Shown here: piece after piece, positions 37,984-51,530 of the stretch
Layout: each line of letters begins with the position of its first letter
How positions within the stretch are numbered: the stretch's first letter is position 1
Origin: Camelus ferus
Lineage: Eukaryota
DNA: 64,000 nt
Direction of reading: 5' to 3'
NCBI RefSeq assembly: GCF_009834535.1
Contig: NC_045697.1
Coordinates: 113,648,001 to 113,712,000, forward strand
Notes under the pieces: model-generated
Database searches by the model: none
What the model was told of the DNA's origin: nothing
What the model saw: the letters and a program-made list of their open reading frames with translations, nothing else
Made by a program: the position numbers and the translations under genes

Positions 37984-39639
37984 CTTGAAAACTGAATAAA
38001 CCAAAGAGCACAGAAGAGGAGGACAAAGATAAACAAGTTGAGAAATTGACCCTGGAAGTAGCAGATGTCCTTCAGGAATTTAGATTACGTTTCATGAGGA
38101 GAGGGGCCATTTCAATTTGTACGAACGTATCCTGAGGTCCTAGAAGGGTGTCTGGACAATTGTGGTCACTAAATAGATAATTGCTTAATCAACAAAGACA
38201 GTAGAATAGGAAATTAAGTTACATATTTTATCAGAGAAATTTGAATGATAACTCAGGCCAAAATGATCAAAAACAGAACAGTTAGAGAACAAGGAAGAAA
38301 CTGAGGCCATTCTAAAAAGCATGAATGATAAGACCATCAGTGAAGCGGCGTGTGTGGCATCACAGGAGGGAGACGAAACATCAACAAAAGAATAGGAAAG
38401 AGAATGTATCAAAAAGGGAAGTTGAATCCAGAAAGTGTAATGATTTTCCACTAAAAGTCCCAAAAAATAGCAACAGAGAAAATGGAATGGGAAAAATAAA
38501 GTAACAGTGCTGTCAGCTTTCTCAGAGCCAAGGAAAAATATCCATGGTTGGTGAAGGGCTCCCCCGGTGACAAACTAGATGAAAAATCACAACCACAGAT
38601 GGGCTTGTGAGTTTCAAGTCACTCACAGAAGCCTCAGACAACTTCTACAGGAAGAAAGCGAATTTAAACATCACTGATGGAAGAATGCAGCCCCCACGGA
38701 AGGAAGAGGTAGGTCTCTGACTTGTCATTACAGCATAACAAGGCAGAGGACAATAAAGCAATGTTCATCATTCAGTCTCATCTTTTTTGCCTCATACAGA
38801 TCATCCGTGAAAGCAGAAATACCACTCACTTGTCCAGCTGATAAGTAATGACATGCCAGATATCAGGTTGCAAATATGCGTGTGGGTTCTGATCTGGGCT
38901 ATTTGCTGTGTTTCATTGATTCATCTTTTCTTCTGGTACAAACAACTCTGCGGGAATTCCCCACAATGTCTCAGTTATAATAATGCTCATGTTTTGATAT
39001 TTGATTTAGCAATTTTCTACCTTGTTCTTCTTTACAATCCCCTTGGCTCTTCTGTGCAACTAGTTTTTTTTTTTCCATAGGTATTTTATAATCTGGGTCT
39101 ATGAAAAACCTTTAGTAATTTTATTTTAAATGAATTTAAATTATAAAATACTTTGAAAAGAGTACTGATATTTCAGGGATAGTATTTGTATATGACTATG
39201 ATATAGGTTTCCATTGAATTATATTTCTTTTAAAACATTCTTTAATGTTGTGTGACTTTGTTATAGAAAATATTTCACAGCTTTGTCAGATACTACGTTT
39301 TTAAAACTCTGTTCTGTAAAAATTCCAGACTCTCTATATTTGCTGGTTTATTGAAAGATAATAGATTTGTGTATATTGATCTTAAATTTAGAAAACTTGC
39401 TGGACTCTTCTTAATTGTAATAATTTGTTTGCATTTTCCAGTTTTATAATCATAAAATCATGTATAATTAGTTTTTTTATTTTTAAATATCTGTAACTTG
39501 TTTCTTTTCCTTTTATGTATTTAAAATTCTTTACCTTTTTTTGACTAACAAACTATTTATTGCAATTTTTCATAAAAAGTTTTTTTAAATAATTTGCTTT
39601 GTATTAACTTAAAATGTCTTTAATTTACATGAATAGATT

Positions 39640-40390
39640 TTATTGGTTCCTGCCTGTGCTTGTTACCAACTTACTGTCTCTCAGCTCCAGTTCTCCCTTC
39701 ATTATCTGCTCTGTGAAAATGGACTTGCCTCAGCGTTTCCGCTACTCAGTGAGCCTGATGCTGTGCTTTGTACAGTAGAGGGCGCCAAAGGGACATTGCA
39801 GGTGAAACAGTTTCTTACTTCAATTCCTGTTTTGGTTTTTTTTCTTGGTCCTGCTGCCCAGTCCATCAGCAGTGCTCCTGTGGGACATCCTGGGGTGTTC
39901 TGCGTCCAGGCACTTGGCGATGTTACATCTCAGCCTAGTTACAATGACTGTCTTGCCAATTACACCTCCAATTACAATTACTCTCCAGTTACAATGATCA
40001 CTTCCAACACAGACATCTTGCACTCCAGGACTCTCACTGCAGTGCTCTGATACTCTGTTTCTGCACACGAGTCTTGACTCACCTACACTCCAGGGACTGT
40101 TTCCTTCTAGCGTGGTGACTGTGAACCCACTCTAGCCCCAGAAATCTTACCAGCCATCTCCTGGGCTACATCTATACCTTCTCCAGCGAGGTCAGAATCC
40201 CATCCTGATGGAGCTCTCTTCTGCAATTTGTCCTTCCTCGTGTGTTCTGCTTTAGTCCTAGGAGACTTTATAATATCCATCCTTACAGTTAGTCTCCTAT
40301 TCTACAGATGAATAATTATTTATAGTAAACTTTCCCTGTTTAAACATCTAAGTGGCACTATATCCTGATTGAATCCAGACTTATAACTAA
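39640..40390 (+). mobile_element. ERVL-type LTR (LTR41-like)
   Basis: gctttgtacagtagagggcgcc..gggacattgcagg and the end taaactttccctgtttaaa...cctgattgaatccagact match recalled LTR41-like motifs. Confidence 0.6.
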
Positions 40391-42354
40391 CTCCCATTTT
40401 TCTTTTCGAGAATGAGGTTTGCAAGAGTTTATTCAATAATGTAAAACCCACCAACTTTAAATCATCAATCCACCAACAAATGTGAAGTAAGTGCATTTAA
40501 CTGTTGTTCATGGTGTTTCTTTTATAGTAGGTAAATTCCTCCAAAGATTGAGCCTTTTAAAAGCCACAGGTATTCCTATAAATTGGCAGAAAGTTACACT
40601 AACATTAGCAATGAAAATATTTATGGTAGATGATACATAAATGAAAAAGAATATACTAATGATTGTCGTGACAGTTTCCAGGAATAAAATACCATAGCTG
40701 CACTAAAAATGGTCATATCCCCTTTTCATCTTCTGTGTTTTCTTTCCTATAAGGAAAGCAGACTTTTCAATGACAAACTCAGAACCAGGGCTAATTGTTT
40801 GGGGTGGCCAGTACACTATCTCAAGGGTATCTTCTAGTACCCTAAGAAGATGTCTCATTGCAAGGATCTGAACGATCATCTCCCTTGCTAAGAATACAAG
40901 TAACAGTCAGTGGAACAAACATCTAATGATATTAAGTCCATTAGTGAGAGTGGGAGAACTCAAAGTGGTCATCTAGAACTCGTCCATCACTTTGGCTGAC
41001 GTAGCGAACAATGCAGCCCAGGTTCTAGGGCAGCACAAATCATTTGAATTTCTTAATGTAAGTAGCTGTGAACAACAGATCCGTCTTGGTTTGTCCTTCT
41101 GTTGTCCAAAGGAGAGCCTACCACCGTGAATAATTCACATAAAGCAGTAATGTGAAATAATCTATATGTAAGTTAGAGGAATGGAAGCCTGGATATATAA
41201 GACAGGACATCTATGGTACTTGCCTTTTCTGTCAGACAAGGACAATTTGGGGTCATTGTTCAAGAATCTTTTACTCTTTTCTTATAATTGTAGTTATGCT
41301 TGTTTTCCTTAGAGTTCTTTCATGTTTGTTGTCCAAAATCTTAAATGCTTCTGGATAAACATTTTCTCAATAGATGACTCAAAAAAGTGACTTACAGACC
41401 AAACCAAGGTGAAATCAAGCTGACCGATGCTGAAACTGAAAAATATTTATTGGCAAATGAAGCCTCATTTCAACAACTGTGGTTAAGAAACGGACAATCC
41501 TTGATGATGTCTCCTGCAGCTTTGGCTGTGTGAAAACTGAAAGGGGAAACAATAAAATTTTACAGCAGACCTAAGAAAAGACTAATTATTCTGTAACTAT
41601 TTATCAAGTAGTTACCCAAATTGGATTTTAATCTGATCAATTGATTAATGACTTTTTTTTTTTAACAAGTACACCCATCAGTGACAGCATTTTACTTCAG
41701 TCAAATACTTAGAAACAGACTCACTTCCATAACACCCCTCTAAGGGCCAACCAATTAACAATTTAATCAGAGTAACCATATTCTGACAGCTAATGTCACC
41801 TTACGTACGGTTTGGAAAGACCATCAATCTCTGACCTCCATGCTTCCAAAAATTCCTACCTGAGGCAGCAATTTGTCCTGCATAGAGAGACCATGCCTGA
41901 TCAGCATAGTTCTCTTGGTGGTTTCATTGTTTGACGATTTCATTTTTCCCCATGCAGAATGGGTGGTAACATTCTGGTACTAAGGGATTCTTTTTCAACA
42001 TTAGAGCAATCTTCCTCTAAAACCAAGATTTTGTTTTGTTTTGTCTTTTTAAATTTCCAATTCAAGATTAAATGGAAATCAAACTCAGAAACATTTTGGG
42101 AGGATTTATATCACTGTTGTTATTTCCTTAAACATATCTTGCAGCTTGGATACAATCAAGATACTTTATTCCACAGATGGTTATCATGTAACAACTTCTC
42201 ATGACACTACTCAGCTCAGGGCTTTATTCACTAAGAAAAGTGATTGGAAAACAGAATTAAAGAGTGACTTGAGAGTAATCTTTGCTTTTCCTCCCAACAT
42301 TCAAAGGAATTTGATTTTTCTTAGCTTTTATTTTTCAACTAAAATGCATATGAC

Positions 42355-42830
42355 TATATTTATACAATGGAATACTACTCAGCCATAAATAAGAATAACA
42401 AAATGCCATTTGCAGTAACATGGCTGGACCCAAAGATCGTCATTCTAAGTGAAGTAAGCCAGAAATAGAAAGAAAAATACCACATTAGATCACTCATATG
42501 TGGAATCTTACAAAAAAAAAAAAAAAAGAGGACACTAATGAACTCATCTATAAAACAGAAACAGACTCACAAACATAGTAAACAATCTTATGGTGGTTAC
42601 TGGAGGAAAGGGGGTGGGAAGAGATCAATTTGGGAGTTTGAGATTTGCAAATATTAACTACTACATATATAAATAGATTAAAAAAATGAATTTCTTCTTT
42701 CTAGCACAGGGAACTATATTCAATATCTTATAATAACCTTTAATGTAAATGAATATATGTATGTACATGTATGACTGGGGCATTATGCTGTACACTAGAA
42801 ATTGTAACTCACTATACTTCAATTAAAAAT
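42355..42830 (+). mobile_element. Young L1 3' fragment
   Basis: tacaatggaatactactcagccataa...tgactggggcattatgctgtacactagaaattgtaactcactatacttcaattaaaaa. Confidence 0.88.
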
Positions 42831-43219
42831 GATATTTATGGGTTTTGGACAATAAAACCATCAATACTTTTGGGAAAAAAAGAGTAAATATGGTCATTTT
42901 TAAAACTTTATTTAAAATTAGGTTAAAGCCCATGTTTATAAAATAGTATATGTGACCTCACTACATTATCTTTTTATTAAATTTATGGCCATATATTCAA
43001 AATCTTGAATTTAAAAAATTTGCATATGCCTATTTAAGCATACTTAGATTCATCCAGTAAATATTCCCTGTATGTCTGGATATATATTTAGTGTATAAGT
43101 CATATACAAAACAGATCTGTATCTCAAGCTTAAGATTTAGGGAAGGTCTTTTTGTTTAGAGTCGGTGATCTCTACCTGAGTCTTTAATGCGTTTTCAATG
43201 GTAGAAAAGAGAGAAAGCT

Positions 43220-43352
43220 TGGCAGATTTAGCAAATAACAGTACAAGATGCTCTGTTAAATTAGAATTTCAGACAAATACAAATATATTTTTAGAATATA
43301 TTGATTCAAAATATTGCATGGAACCTTCTTACACTAAAATATATTTATTTGC
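43220..43352 (+). mobile_element. hAT-type MITE relic (MER53-like)
   Basis: cagatttagcaaataacagtacaagatgctctgttaaattagaatttcagacaaa...aaatattgcatgg...cttacactaaaa follows the recalled MER53 consensus. Confidence 0.6.
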
Positions 43353-45669
43353 TGGATTCTGGAAATCTTAGAAAAAAAGAGAGACCAGGGCAGGATTCTT
43401 CAGACAGAGGGAGCAGCATAAGCTAAGGTCTGACGATACGAGAGATTGGGGGGACATTTGGGGAATAAAAAGTAATTTATTAGTTCTCAAAGAAATGTGC
43501 ATGGAGATGGGCTAGAATTGGGATGAAAGCTAGAGAATGACTACATTTTCATAAAGCATAAACTCAACTAAACAGGATACAGACACTTCAGGTCCGTGTA
43601 TCAATCTTGTTCAGGAGTGTATGCACTTAGTGTCTGTACAGTTCCAGGCTTACACCAGTGGTAAATAATGATTTCTAATTTCAGATAGTTCAATTACAGA
43701 CATTGGCCTCACAACTAATATGAAAAAAATTTTTTAAAACTCTTCGGGGCTTAAATAAGAAGGTAAGAGGAATTCTGGGGGAAATGCAGTGTTTTAAAAT
43801 CTCTCCAAACTCTCTGTTAAAGTTGACAGAGTTGCTGGGATAGTGAATGAAACTTTAAAGACATCTACAGTAAAGAGAAGTGATGCGGATTCCTCAGAAC
43901 CCCTAAAAGTGAAGACAAACCACCGAGAGCTACAAGATCTGCACGATATAAGCATCCATTTGGAAGAAAGCTGAGATAAGGAACAGGGAATCTAAAAACA
44001 GAAAACTTAAAAAAAATAACCAACCAGCACTCACTGGAATTGGGGCAAGACGCTCTGTCACAAGCAGCTGCAAGGGGGAAGAGCTTACTGCACACATCAA
44101 CTCGTAGGTGGTGTATTCTGTAGAGTCTTGAGAAACCTTCATCACATGGCCTCTTGTAACAAACCAACAAATCTCCTTTCCTGGACTCCTATTGAGTAGA
44201 GACAGTGCAGAGGAGAATTCACATTGAGCAGTACAGGGGTAACAGGAGTTCAGAACAGAGAAGATTCATGCAGAAGTCATGGGGAGGGAGACAGAGCGAG
44301 GAGACTTCAGACAACAGGTGCCATATTTTCTTACAGTCCATGTCAATCACAGAAGAGAAGATGGTGATGCTCGAGAAGTTACTCCAGCAGCCCTGCGTTT
44401 TAAAACAAGATACATTTATTCCCTGTCAAAGTGTGCAATAATAATTAAAAGAAGAACTGTTCTTGAATTCTAAACAAGGTTATAAAGAAAATAAAAAGTT
44501 GATGAAAAAGAAGATAAACATTTCCAAAAAGAAGAAAAAAGGCCTTAAAAATTCATGCTCCAAAGCAAAGAACCTAGAATCTCGTACTTTTAAATGAACC
44601 AAATAGAATTATGAAAATATCCTAAGATAAAAGAGAGTAATATACCTTAGAATTACTTAACATGTAAAAGTGGAGATGCTGGAATGCAGGAAGAGAAAAG
44701 AAACAGTCATCTCAAACATGATGCGTCAATCAGAGTGAACAAACACAACAAAAAATGGCAGTGTAGATGCTCCCAGACACTTCCTCAGATCCACTTAGCT
44801 GCTGGTGGACCTACCCACCGGCAGGAACTCAGCTGAGCTGGAGAGAGCTGACAGCTGTCAAAACAGGCCATTAAGCTGATAAGCCAGGACAGTCAAGCCT
44901 TCGATCACTTACCACGATGGTTTGAGTCTGGTGTTTAGAGGGCAGCTTTCTTCCATGAGGCCTCTCAGGGAAAACCTTTGTCATTTTGTACAGTCACGCC
45001 TGAAAAATCAGGCCTGGGCTTTTATACAAGAACCAGATGCTTTATCCTTCATTGACCCTTTCTCTGGAGACATTCCCTCAGCCAAGCAGGCGCTAGTCCT
45101 CCCTGGAGGCCGTTCTCCGCCACACCCAGACCAACCCCACCATCACATCTCCTCTGACCTCAGTCAGTGAGTAGCTGGCATGGGCTTAATAAGCCAGCTC
45201 CCTGGCCTCAAGGTGAGATTAAGTCCATGCTGCATTTTGTGCTCCAGAGTCTTGAAGTGGGAAGAAAGTCTCCAACTGAGATCCCAGTTTTGCTTAGCTC
45301 TTCTCCCCTGATATTACTCTATGTCCCTCACTGCTCTTCTGAGAGCACTCACAAAACAAATACACTGCTTCTAAGAAATCCAACCTCATTTTCTCACCAA
45401 GCGTGGATCAGGGAAGCAGACTCCAAGGCGAGATTATTAAGTTAACACTCACTGGCTGAATGGTACCGAGGACCTCACCGCTGGTGTTAGATGGAATATA
45501 CAAAGTCCCTCGCGTGCCGTAGCCTTGATATTGCTGAGAGATTGCTAAGAATTTCACCAGTGATAGAATTTTCTACCCAGGAAATAATCAAAGATAACAA
45601 CTTTTTTCATAAAACCAGTAACTGTGTGAAAATAAAAACATAGCAATCTAGCAAGAAGTGTATCTGTCG

Positions 45670-46560
45670 TAACTTTCTTTTACATTTCTGTCACCAAATT
45701 ACCTTAGATTTTGTCATCTGCCAATGCATTTTGCCTTCAGTTTTGAAAGGTATTTTTGGTTCAACTTAGAATTCTCACTTGACTTTTTGTTTGTTTGTTT
45801 TCAACAATTTAAATATTTTGCTCCACTGTCTTTTGGATTTCATAATTCCTGATAAGACATTCAGTGATTATTTGAATAGCTTTGACTGTATGCAAAGTAT
45901 GCATTTTCTGCAGTTACTTACAAGATCTTTATATCTTGATTTTCAACAGTTTGACACCAGTGTGCCTAGGCACGGTTTTCTTCATATTTATCTTTCTTGG
46001 TGCCCAGTCAGCTTCTTGAATCAATACATTTATACCTGTCAACAAATTTGGAAAATTATCAGCCATTATTTGTTCAAATATTTTTCATGAACCATTTTTA
46101 TGTCTTTTCCTCTTATGACTCTAAGCACGCATGTGTTAGGCCCTCTAAGATTGTTCCAGAGGCGCCTAAGTTTTGTTCATTATTTTAAAGCATTTTTCAC
46201 TGTTTTTCATATTGTATAATATCTACTGGTATATCTCTCCAAGCTTATTGTTTTTCCTCTTTTATAACAGTTAGGCTGTTATGCCTTCCCATTATTCCTA
46301 ATGCATATTTTTCTTCAATATTATAATTTCCATATGGTTTCTTCTATAGTTTATATTTCCCTGCTGATTTCCTGTATTTTCATTTATTACTAGCACTGTT
46401 TCCTTTATCTCATTCAGCAGTGCTGTAATAGCTGCTTACTCTGCATCCTCTCAGATATGTTCTCCCTTATCTTTTTTTTTTTTTTTTCGGAATGAGCTGT
46501 GTTTTTCTTATCTTTATCAAGAAATGCTGGCTTGTATCCTAAACATTGTGAATTTTGCTG
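45670..46560 (-). mobile_element. Old L1 ORF1-region fragment
   Basis: ccttcagttttgaaagg...gctccactgtcttttgg...tttggaaaattatcagccattatttgttcaaatattttt is a diverged homolog of 1810-2200. Confidence 0.65.
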
Positions 46561-47544
46561 ACATTTTGGGGGTGGCATGAAGACAGCCCTTTGTTTTTGT
46601 TTTTATTTTGCAGAGGGAAATTTTAACATAAGATGAGCAGACTTTAGGGCATTCATCTTAGGTCACTCCCTTGTAGAAATCCCCTCTTATTGTTCAGTTG
46701 TTGAGGTTTCCTCTACGTTTGTCCCTCTGTCCTTCACGCTAGCGTTATCTGGCTCTCTGTAGTCAAAGTGTCCACTGCAGTCTACCCTCATACTAAAGGC
46801 CAAAACCATTAGACAAGCAATCTCATGTCAGTTTCTGTCTACCATTTGTCATTTCCTCCATATTATGCCTTCATTCACTTTCTATTTCTTTCAGGTGCTT
46901 TCTTTCTTCATTTTATCAACATTTATAGTTTCTATGTGTGCAAGAGTCAGTCCAGTATGAACTTACTTGCTCATGCCAAATACAGAACTCCAGTTACATA
47001 CATATCATAAAAGTTGCAAGTAACTTCAAACATAATTAGTTTAATTTCATATCTCTAACTAAATATACTCTAGTAAGAAAAAAAATAGATGTGCAAAGAA
47101 AAGTCTTATCACTAATTATATTGTTGAATTTAATGTTAATATTGTCATTCCCAGACTGTTGGTTTTATATGTAATACACAGAGCAAATCAGTAATTGTGT
47201 GATATTACGTATTCACTCATTGTTTTATCTTTGAATCAGGGATGGAAGAAGGGAGATTCAGATTATAATAGAAAATGATAAGTAAAACCTCTGGAGTCCT
47301 GAGTTTGATTGTATAAAAACATTACACATTTTTGTCTTAAAGTGTACTATTAGCTGTGTCATCCTGAAAAGACCAATTAATTTTCGATGCACACCCCTTT
47401 TGATAAGGCTACGATCTCCAAGGATAATTTAGGGACCAACTGATTGTAAGACTGGTTCAGAAAATGTATAAGAAGAATCTGCAACAATCCTGTCCCATCT
47501 GACAGAAAAGAAGCTATTAAAACTATGGGATTGAGTCAGCAAGC

Positions 47545-50318
47545 AAAGATCTTCCAACAAAGAAAAGCCCAGGACCAATGATTTCATGGTTGAATTCTAC
47601 CAAACATTCAAAGACAAATTAATACTGATCCACTCTAAATTCTTCCAAAAAATAGAAGACAGAATGTTTTAAAACTCATTTTATGAGACAGTATCACCCT
47701 GAGACCAAAGCCAGAGGAAAAATAACACAGACACACACACAAATTACAGGCCATTATCTCTGATGAACATAAATACAGAAATTCTCAATAAAATACTAGA
47801 AAACCAAATTCAACAGTGCATTGAAAGTATCATACACTATGACCCAGTGGGACTTATCTGTGGGATGTGAGGTTGATTCAACATACACAAATTAATCAAT
47901 TTGATATACCACATTAACAGAATTAAAAATAATGATCATTGCAATAGGTATATAAAAAGTATTTGACAAATTTATCATCTTTTCATAATAAAAATTCTCA
48001 ACAAAATAGAAGGAACTTACCACAACACAATAAAAGTCACATGTGAAAAGTACACAGTTTACATTATAATCAATGGAGAAAAGCTAAATTTTTTTTCTCT
48101 AAGATTTGGTATAAGGGAAGGAGGCCCACTCTTGTCACTTCTACTCAGCAGAGTACTAGAAGCCCTAGCCAGAGCAATTAGGCAAGAAAAAGAAATAAAA
48201 GGCACCCAGTGAATAAGTAAAATTATCTACTTGCCAATGACAGGATCATATATGCAGAAAACCCTAAAGAGTCTACCAAAAAAGCCATTAAAACCAATTA
48301 AATTAATTTAGTAAAGTTTCAACATACAAAACTCAGTCAAGTTTCTATCCACAGATAACTAACAATCTCATTCATGATAGCAACAAAAGAATAAAATAGG
48401 AGTAAACTTAACCAAAGATGTAAAAAACTTATAAACTAAAATTTATAAACATTGATGAAGGAAATTAAATACAACACAAAAAATTGGAAGACATCTCATG
48501 TTTTCAGATTAGAAGAATCAATATTGTTAAAGTGTCCAAACTACAGGAAGTGATCTACAGATTCAGTGCAATGCCTGTCATAAAATCCCAGTGGCAATTT
48601 TTATAAAAATAGTAAAACAAAAAACAAACAAACAAACTAACAAAAAAATCATAAAAAACCCCGAACAACCACAGCAATCTTAAAAAAAAAAAAATACACA
48701 AGTATTATATACTTCCTGACTTCAAAATATATTATAAAACTACAGTAATAAAAATAGTATGGTTCTGACATGAAATAAGCATATAGGCCAATGACACTGA
48801 ATGGAGCCTACAGAGAAATCCATGCATCTACAGTCAACTGATCTTCAATAACAGTGTCAAGAACACACATGGGGGAAAGAATAGTCTCTTCAATAAATGG
48901 TGTTGGAAAATTTGGGTATCTGCTTGCATAAAAATGAATTGGACCCTTATATCACACCATACACAAACATCTACCCAAAATGGATTAAAGACTTAAACAT
49001 GAGACAAGGAACCATAAAACTACTAGAAGAAAACAGGGGAAAATTTTCTTGGCAATTTTTTTTTTTTTTGGATATGACATTAAAAGCACAGGTAACAAAA
49101 GCGAAAATAAGTAAGTGGGACTACATGAAACTAAAAAGCTTCTGTACAGCAAAGCAAATAATCAACAGAATGAAAATGCAACCTATAGAATGGGGAGACA
49201 ATGTTTGCAAACCATAGTATCTGATAAGAGGTTAATATTCAAAATATGTAAGGAACTCATATAACTCAATAGCCAAAAATAAATAACCCAATTGAAAAAC
49301 GAACAAAGGGCCAAAATATACATTTCTCAAAAGAAGACACACAAATTGCCAAAAGGCATATGACAGGGTGCCCAAATTACTAATCATCAGGGAAACCCAA
49401 AACAAAACTACAGTGAGGTATCACCTCCCATCTGTTAGAACGACTGTGACCAAAAATACAAGAAGTAAGTCTTGACAAGGATGTGGAGAAAACAGATCCC
49501 TTGTACACTGTTGGTAGGTATGTAAACTAGTATACAGCTATTATGGAAAACAGTATGGATATTCCTCAAAAAAAAAAAAAAATAGAATTGCCGTATGATC
49601 CAGCAATTTCACTTTTGGGTATATACTTCAAAGAAATGAAATTAGTATCTTCAAGAGATATCTGTACTCTTATGTTTGTTGTAGCACTATTCACAATAGC
49701 CAAGACATGGAAACAAGCTAAATGTGCATTGACAGATGAAGGGATTAAAAAAAATCTAGTAATGTATATATATGTTTATGTGTATATATAGATTTATATA
49801 TATATATATGTATATTATATATATATATATATACACAGAACATTATTCAGCCTTAGAAAAGAAGGAAATCCTGTCATTTGGGACGACTGAAATGAACCTG
49901 GAGGACATTTTGCCAAGTGGAATAACCCAAGAAAGATATACAGCATGACCCCATTTATATGTGGACTCTAACTGTCAAACTCACAGAAGCAACGAGTAGC
50001 TTGGTGGTTGCCAGGAGCTGGGAAGGGTGGAAAAGGGGGAGACGTTGGTAAAAGGAGTAAAAGATTTTAGTTATGAACAAATTCTGGAGATTTAATTCAT
50101 TGCAACGTGACTATAGTTAACAATACTGTATTGTATCTTTGAAATTTATGAAGAGAGGGGATCTGAAGTGTTCTCATCACACACAAGAAGAGAAAATAGT
50201 AATATGTGAGGTGATGGATATGTTTACTAGTTTGTTTATGGTTAATTATATCAAAAGATCAAGTTGTATAGCTTAAATTATACACTTTTCACTTATCAAT
50301 TATACCTCAATAAAAAAG
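47545..50318 (+). mobile_element. 5'-truncated LINE-1 (ORF2 RT and C-terminal region plus L1MA-like 3'UTR), decayed
   Basis: ORFs 48897-49217 (LDPYITPYTNIYPKWIKDLN..KWDYMKLKSFCTAK) and 49543-49791 (IELPYDPAISLLGIY..ICTLMFVVALFTIAKTWKQ) are L1 ORF2. It ends tcaattatacctcaataaaaaa. Confidence 0.93.
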
Positions 50319-50369
50319 ACTACTGGTGTTTCAAACCACTTGGGAATCAGCTTGAAATCTTCTATTACA

Positions 50370-50408
50370 AGGATAAATCTGGGAGTTTGAGATTTGCAAA
50401 TGTTAGCC

Positions 50409-50454
<46 letters not shown>

Positions 50455-50628
50455 TTAAAAAAGCAAATTTCTTTTGTATAGCACAGGAAACTATTTAATA
50501 TTTTGTAATACCCTTTAATAAAAAAGAATATGAAAAGGAATATATGTATGTATATGCATGACTGGGACATTGTGCCGTACACCAGAAATTGACACATTGT
50601 AACTGACTGTACTTCATTTAAAAAAAAG
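50370..50628 (+). mobile_element. Young L1 3' end with internal (TA)n
   Basis: ggataaatctgggagtttgagatttgc...(TA)n...gactgggacattgtgccgtacaccagaaattgacacattgtaactgactgtacttc followed by an A-tract. Confidence 0.85.
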
Positions 50629-51466
50629 TTATCGGGGATAATTTATGTATCAATCAGGGTAACACTTGCAGTGAACTTAAATATATCAAATGTTTTAATG
50701 ATTTTATAATTGTACTTAAACAAAACACTGATTTGTCACTACAGATTTTGCTAAAGAAATAAGTCTTTTTTGAAAACAGGAAATCAGTCTTTATCCTGAC
50801 TTTCCTAAATAAGCTGTAAGCCTGGGTATCCAAATAGTTGATGAGTAAGTTTCTCTTCATAGAAGTATTGAGACTAATAAAATGAAGAAAATATTATTTA
50901 TAATAGCATCATTTTTCATCTTCTCAGTCCACCATTGACCTCCATCTGTCCAGTACAATACCACTGATACAGTGGCTTTAATTGTGGAATTAAGAAAAGA
51001 CTTACAGGAAATAATAGCTCTCAAGAAATATTTTTATTTACTTAGACCTAAAATATAGGTATCAGATAAGCAAACACAACAGAATAGCAGGTGCATGGGG
51101 TAATTTTGTATCACATCAGCCCCAGGATCCAGGTCTCTATATCTCACAGGATGCCCTAAGTTACAAAATTCAAGCCTTCTACAAGAAACTTGTGGTCCAG
51201 CCTAATCGGAAGCAAATGGAAGGGGATTCTGGGAAATGTAGTTCAGTGTAGCCAAGGTGACACATTGCAAAGTCAACACAGGGGTGAAAAGTTAAGATGT
51301 CTCCAGCTTGAACTGCTTCCACAAATTCAACAACCCACATCACAAACATGGAGCACAAAAGATAGTCAAATGTATCAACAATTGTAACCTAAGTGAAGGA
51401 ATTACAGGTTTTTTTTAACTATTCTTTCAACTTCTTTTAGGCTTGAAATATTTTCCATGTAACAAT

Positions 51467-51530
51467 ATAATAATAATAATAATAGTAATAATAATAATAA
51501 TAGTAATAATAATAGTAATAATAGTAATAG
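51467..51530. repeat. (AAT/AGT)n microsatellite
   Basis: Direct reading. It explains the poly-Tyr ORF at 51437-51661. Confidence 0.9.

Noticed and set aside
48897..49791. ORF2-like ORFs as host genes
   Set aside because: They are pieces of a 5'-truncated, frameshifted L1.
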